Assembly (NCBI GenBank): GCA_963707285.1
Contig: CAVPPA010000005.1
Coordinates: 66,180-130,179, forward strand
Direction of reading: 5' to 3'
Length of the DNA: 64,000 nt
Source: an uncultured Candidatus Saccharibacteria bacterium
GTDB lineage: Bacteria > Patescibacteriota > Saccharimonadia > Saccharimonadales > UBA4665
The position numbers were made by a program, and so were the translations under genes. Below, in pieces: positions 63,185 to 64,000 of this stretch. The notes beneath the pieces are model-generated. The model ran no database searches. It was not told the origin of the DNA and saw only the letters and a list, made by a program, of their open reading frames with translations. Numbering within the stretch: position 1 is the stretch's first letter; each line of letters begins with the position of its first letter.

Positions 63185-64000
63185 ATGACTAGACAACAAA
63201 GGCTTGTATTAATTGTTAGTATTTTGGCGTCTTTTGTAGCCTTTCTGGATAGTTCAGTTATAAATGTAGCATTACCGGCTATAAGCCGTAATTTGGGCGG
63301 AGGTTTAGTAACACAACAGTGGGTAGTCGATGCTTATCTTATAACTTTAGGATCTCTTATACTACTTGCCGGATCGTTATCTGACTTATTTGGTCGTAAA
63401 CGCATATTAACTAGTGGTCTAATAGGATTCGCGGCTTCATCAATTTTATGTGCTATTTCGCCTGATAGTACATTTTTAATTATTGCTAGGGCATTACAAG
63501 GAGTTGCCGGAGCTCTTCTAGTTCCAAGCTCACTCGCTATGATTATCTCAAACTTTTCTCACAAGACTCAGGGCAAGGCGATCGGTACTTGGACGGCGTG
63601 GACGGGCATATCTTTTATTATCGGTCCTTTACTTGGCGGATTCTTAGTGGATGCCGTTTCCTGGCGTTTAATTTTTGCGATAAATATTATACCTATTGCA
63701 GTTTGTTTGTGGTTGATAGACTTACTAGATACGGTTGAGCAGACTAAAAGAGTTAAAGTAGACACTTTGGGAGCCATATTATGTAGCTTTGGGCTTGGTG
63801 GTGCTGTATTTGGTCTGATTGAAGAGCAACATTTTGGTTGGGATAGCCCTATCATTTTTATGTCTTTAATATTAGGGTTTATTTTCTTAATAAGCTTTAT
63901 GTTTTATGAAAGTCGAAATTTAGAACCAATGTTACCGTTGTCCTTATTTAGGGTTCAAAATTTTCGATTTGGCAATATTGCAACTGCGGCTATTTACGGT
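63185..64000 (+). CDS. MFS transporter, DHA2 (EmrB/QacA-like) family, 3'-truncated by the window edge
   Basis: My translation from ATG 63185 reads MTRQQRLVLIVSILASFVAFLDSSVINVALPAIS...GSLSDLFGRKRI, which carries MFS motif A and the DHA2 signature. The frame is open to position 64000 and is absent from the ORF track because it has no stop. Confidence 0.8.
   Translation, partial: MTRQQRLVLIVSILASFVAFLDSSVINVALPAISRNLGGGLVTQQWVVDAYLITLGSLILLAGSLSDLFGRKRILTSGLIGFAASSILCAISPDSTFLIIARALQGVAGALLVPSSLAMIISNFSHKTQGKAIGTWTAWTGISFIIGPLLGGFLVDAVSWRLIFAINIIPIAVCLWLIDLLDTVEQTKRVKVDTLGAILCSFGLGGAVFGLIEEQHFGWDSPIIFMSLILGFIFLISFMFYESRNLEPMLPLSLFRVQNFRFGNIATAAIYG

Noticed and set aside
1-64000. Alternative genetic code (UGA recoded, as in some CPR lineages).
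   Set aside because: Long ORFs with conserved C-termini end at TGA (for example 6342 and 43365) as well as at TAA and TAG. Homology does not continue past the TGA codons, so the standard code 11 fits.

Overview
This 64-kb window is dense and mostly plus-strand, from a small-genome bacterium using the standard genetic code (TGA serves as a stop). About 45 ORFs are recognisable housekeeping genes. They include argS, mscL, msrB, orn, dnaG-rpoD, a P-type ATPase, polA, mutM, holA, rpsT, truB-rpsO-pnp, a family-4 UDG, RNase J, ftsK, rpsF-ssb-rpsR, efp, tlyA, ychF, a Xer recombinase, ndk and a parvulin PPIase, plus tRNA-Arg(CCU) and tRNA-Asp(GUC). There is a VapBC pair. A complete type IV pilus locus without a secretin (pilMNO-pilB-pilT-pilC-pilin-pilD plus three minor pilins) spans 42.3-53.3 kb. 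Just upstream of it sit an atypical pilin-like gene and a large repeat-containing secreted protein. Gene content, the pilus locus and the many orphan genes suggest a CPR/Patescibacteria (Saccharibacteria-like) organism, but that is inference only. I saw no rRNA, CRISPR array, transposase or prophage. The most unusual region is 57.0-63.1 kb, just downstream of tRNA-Asp. It holds nine small orphan genes. Seven consecutive upstream regions there (ahead of the second through eighth genes) contain a sigma70-like promoter, each preceded by a copy or fragment of one of two sharply conserved non-coding elements: a 34-nt motif at 33/34 identity and an 18-nt motif. The block also encodes a multi-winged-helix protein, two SemiSWEET-like paralogs and a Cys/His-cluster protein. 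Other notable points: many genes have a -10 box 6-10 nt upstream of the start codon, which implies leaderless mRNAs. RNase J is split by a 1-nt frameshift. The DnaG zinc ribbon has lost all four Zn ligands. PolA motif C reads HDS rather than HDE. A catalytically degenerate NrnA-like DHH domain is fused to a long Pro-rich tail.
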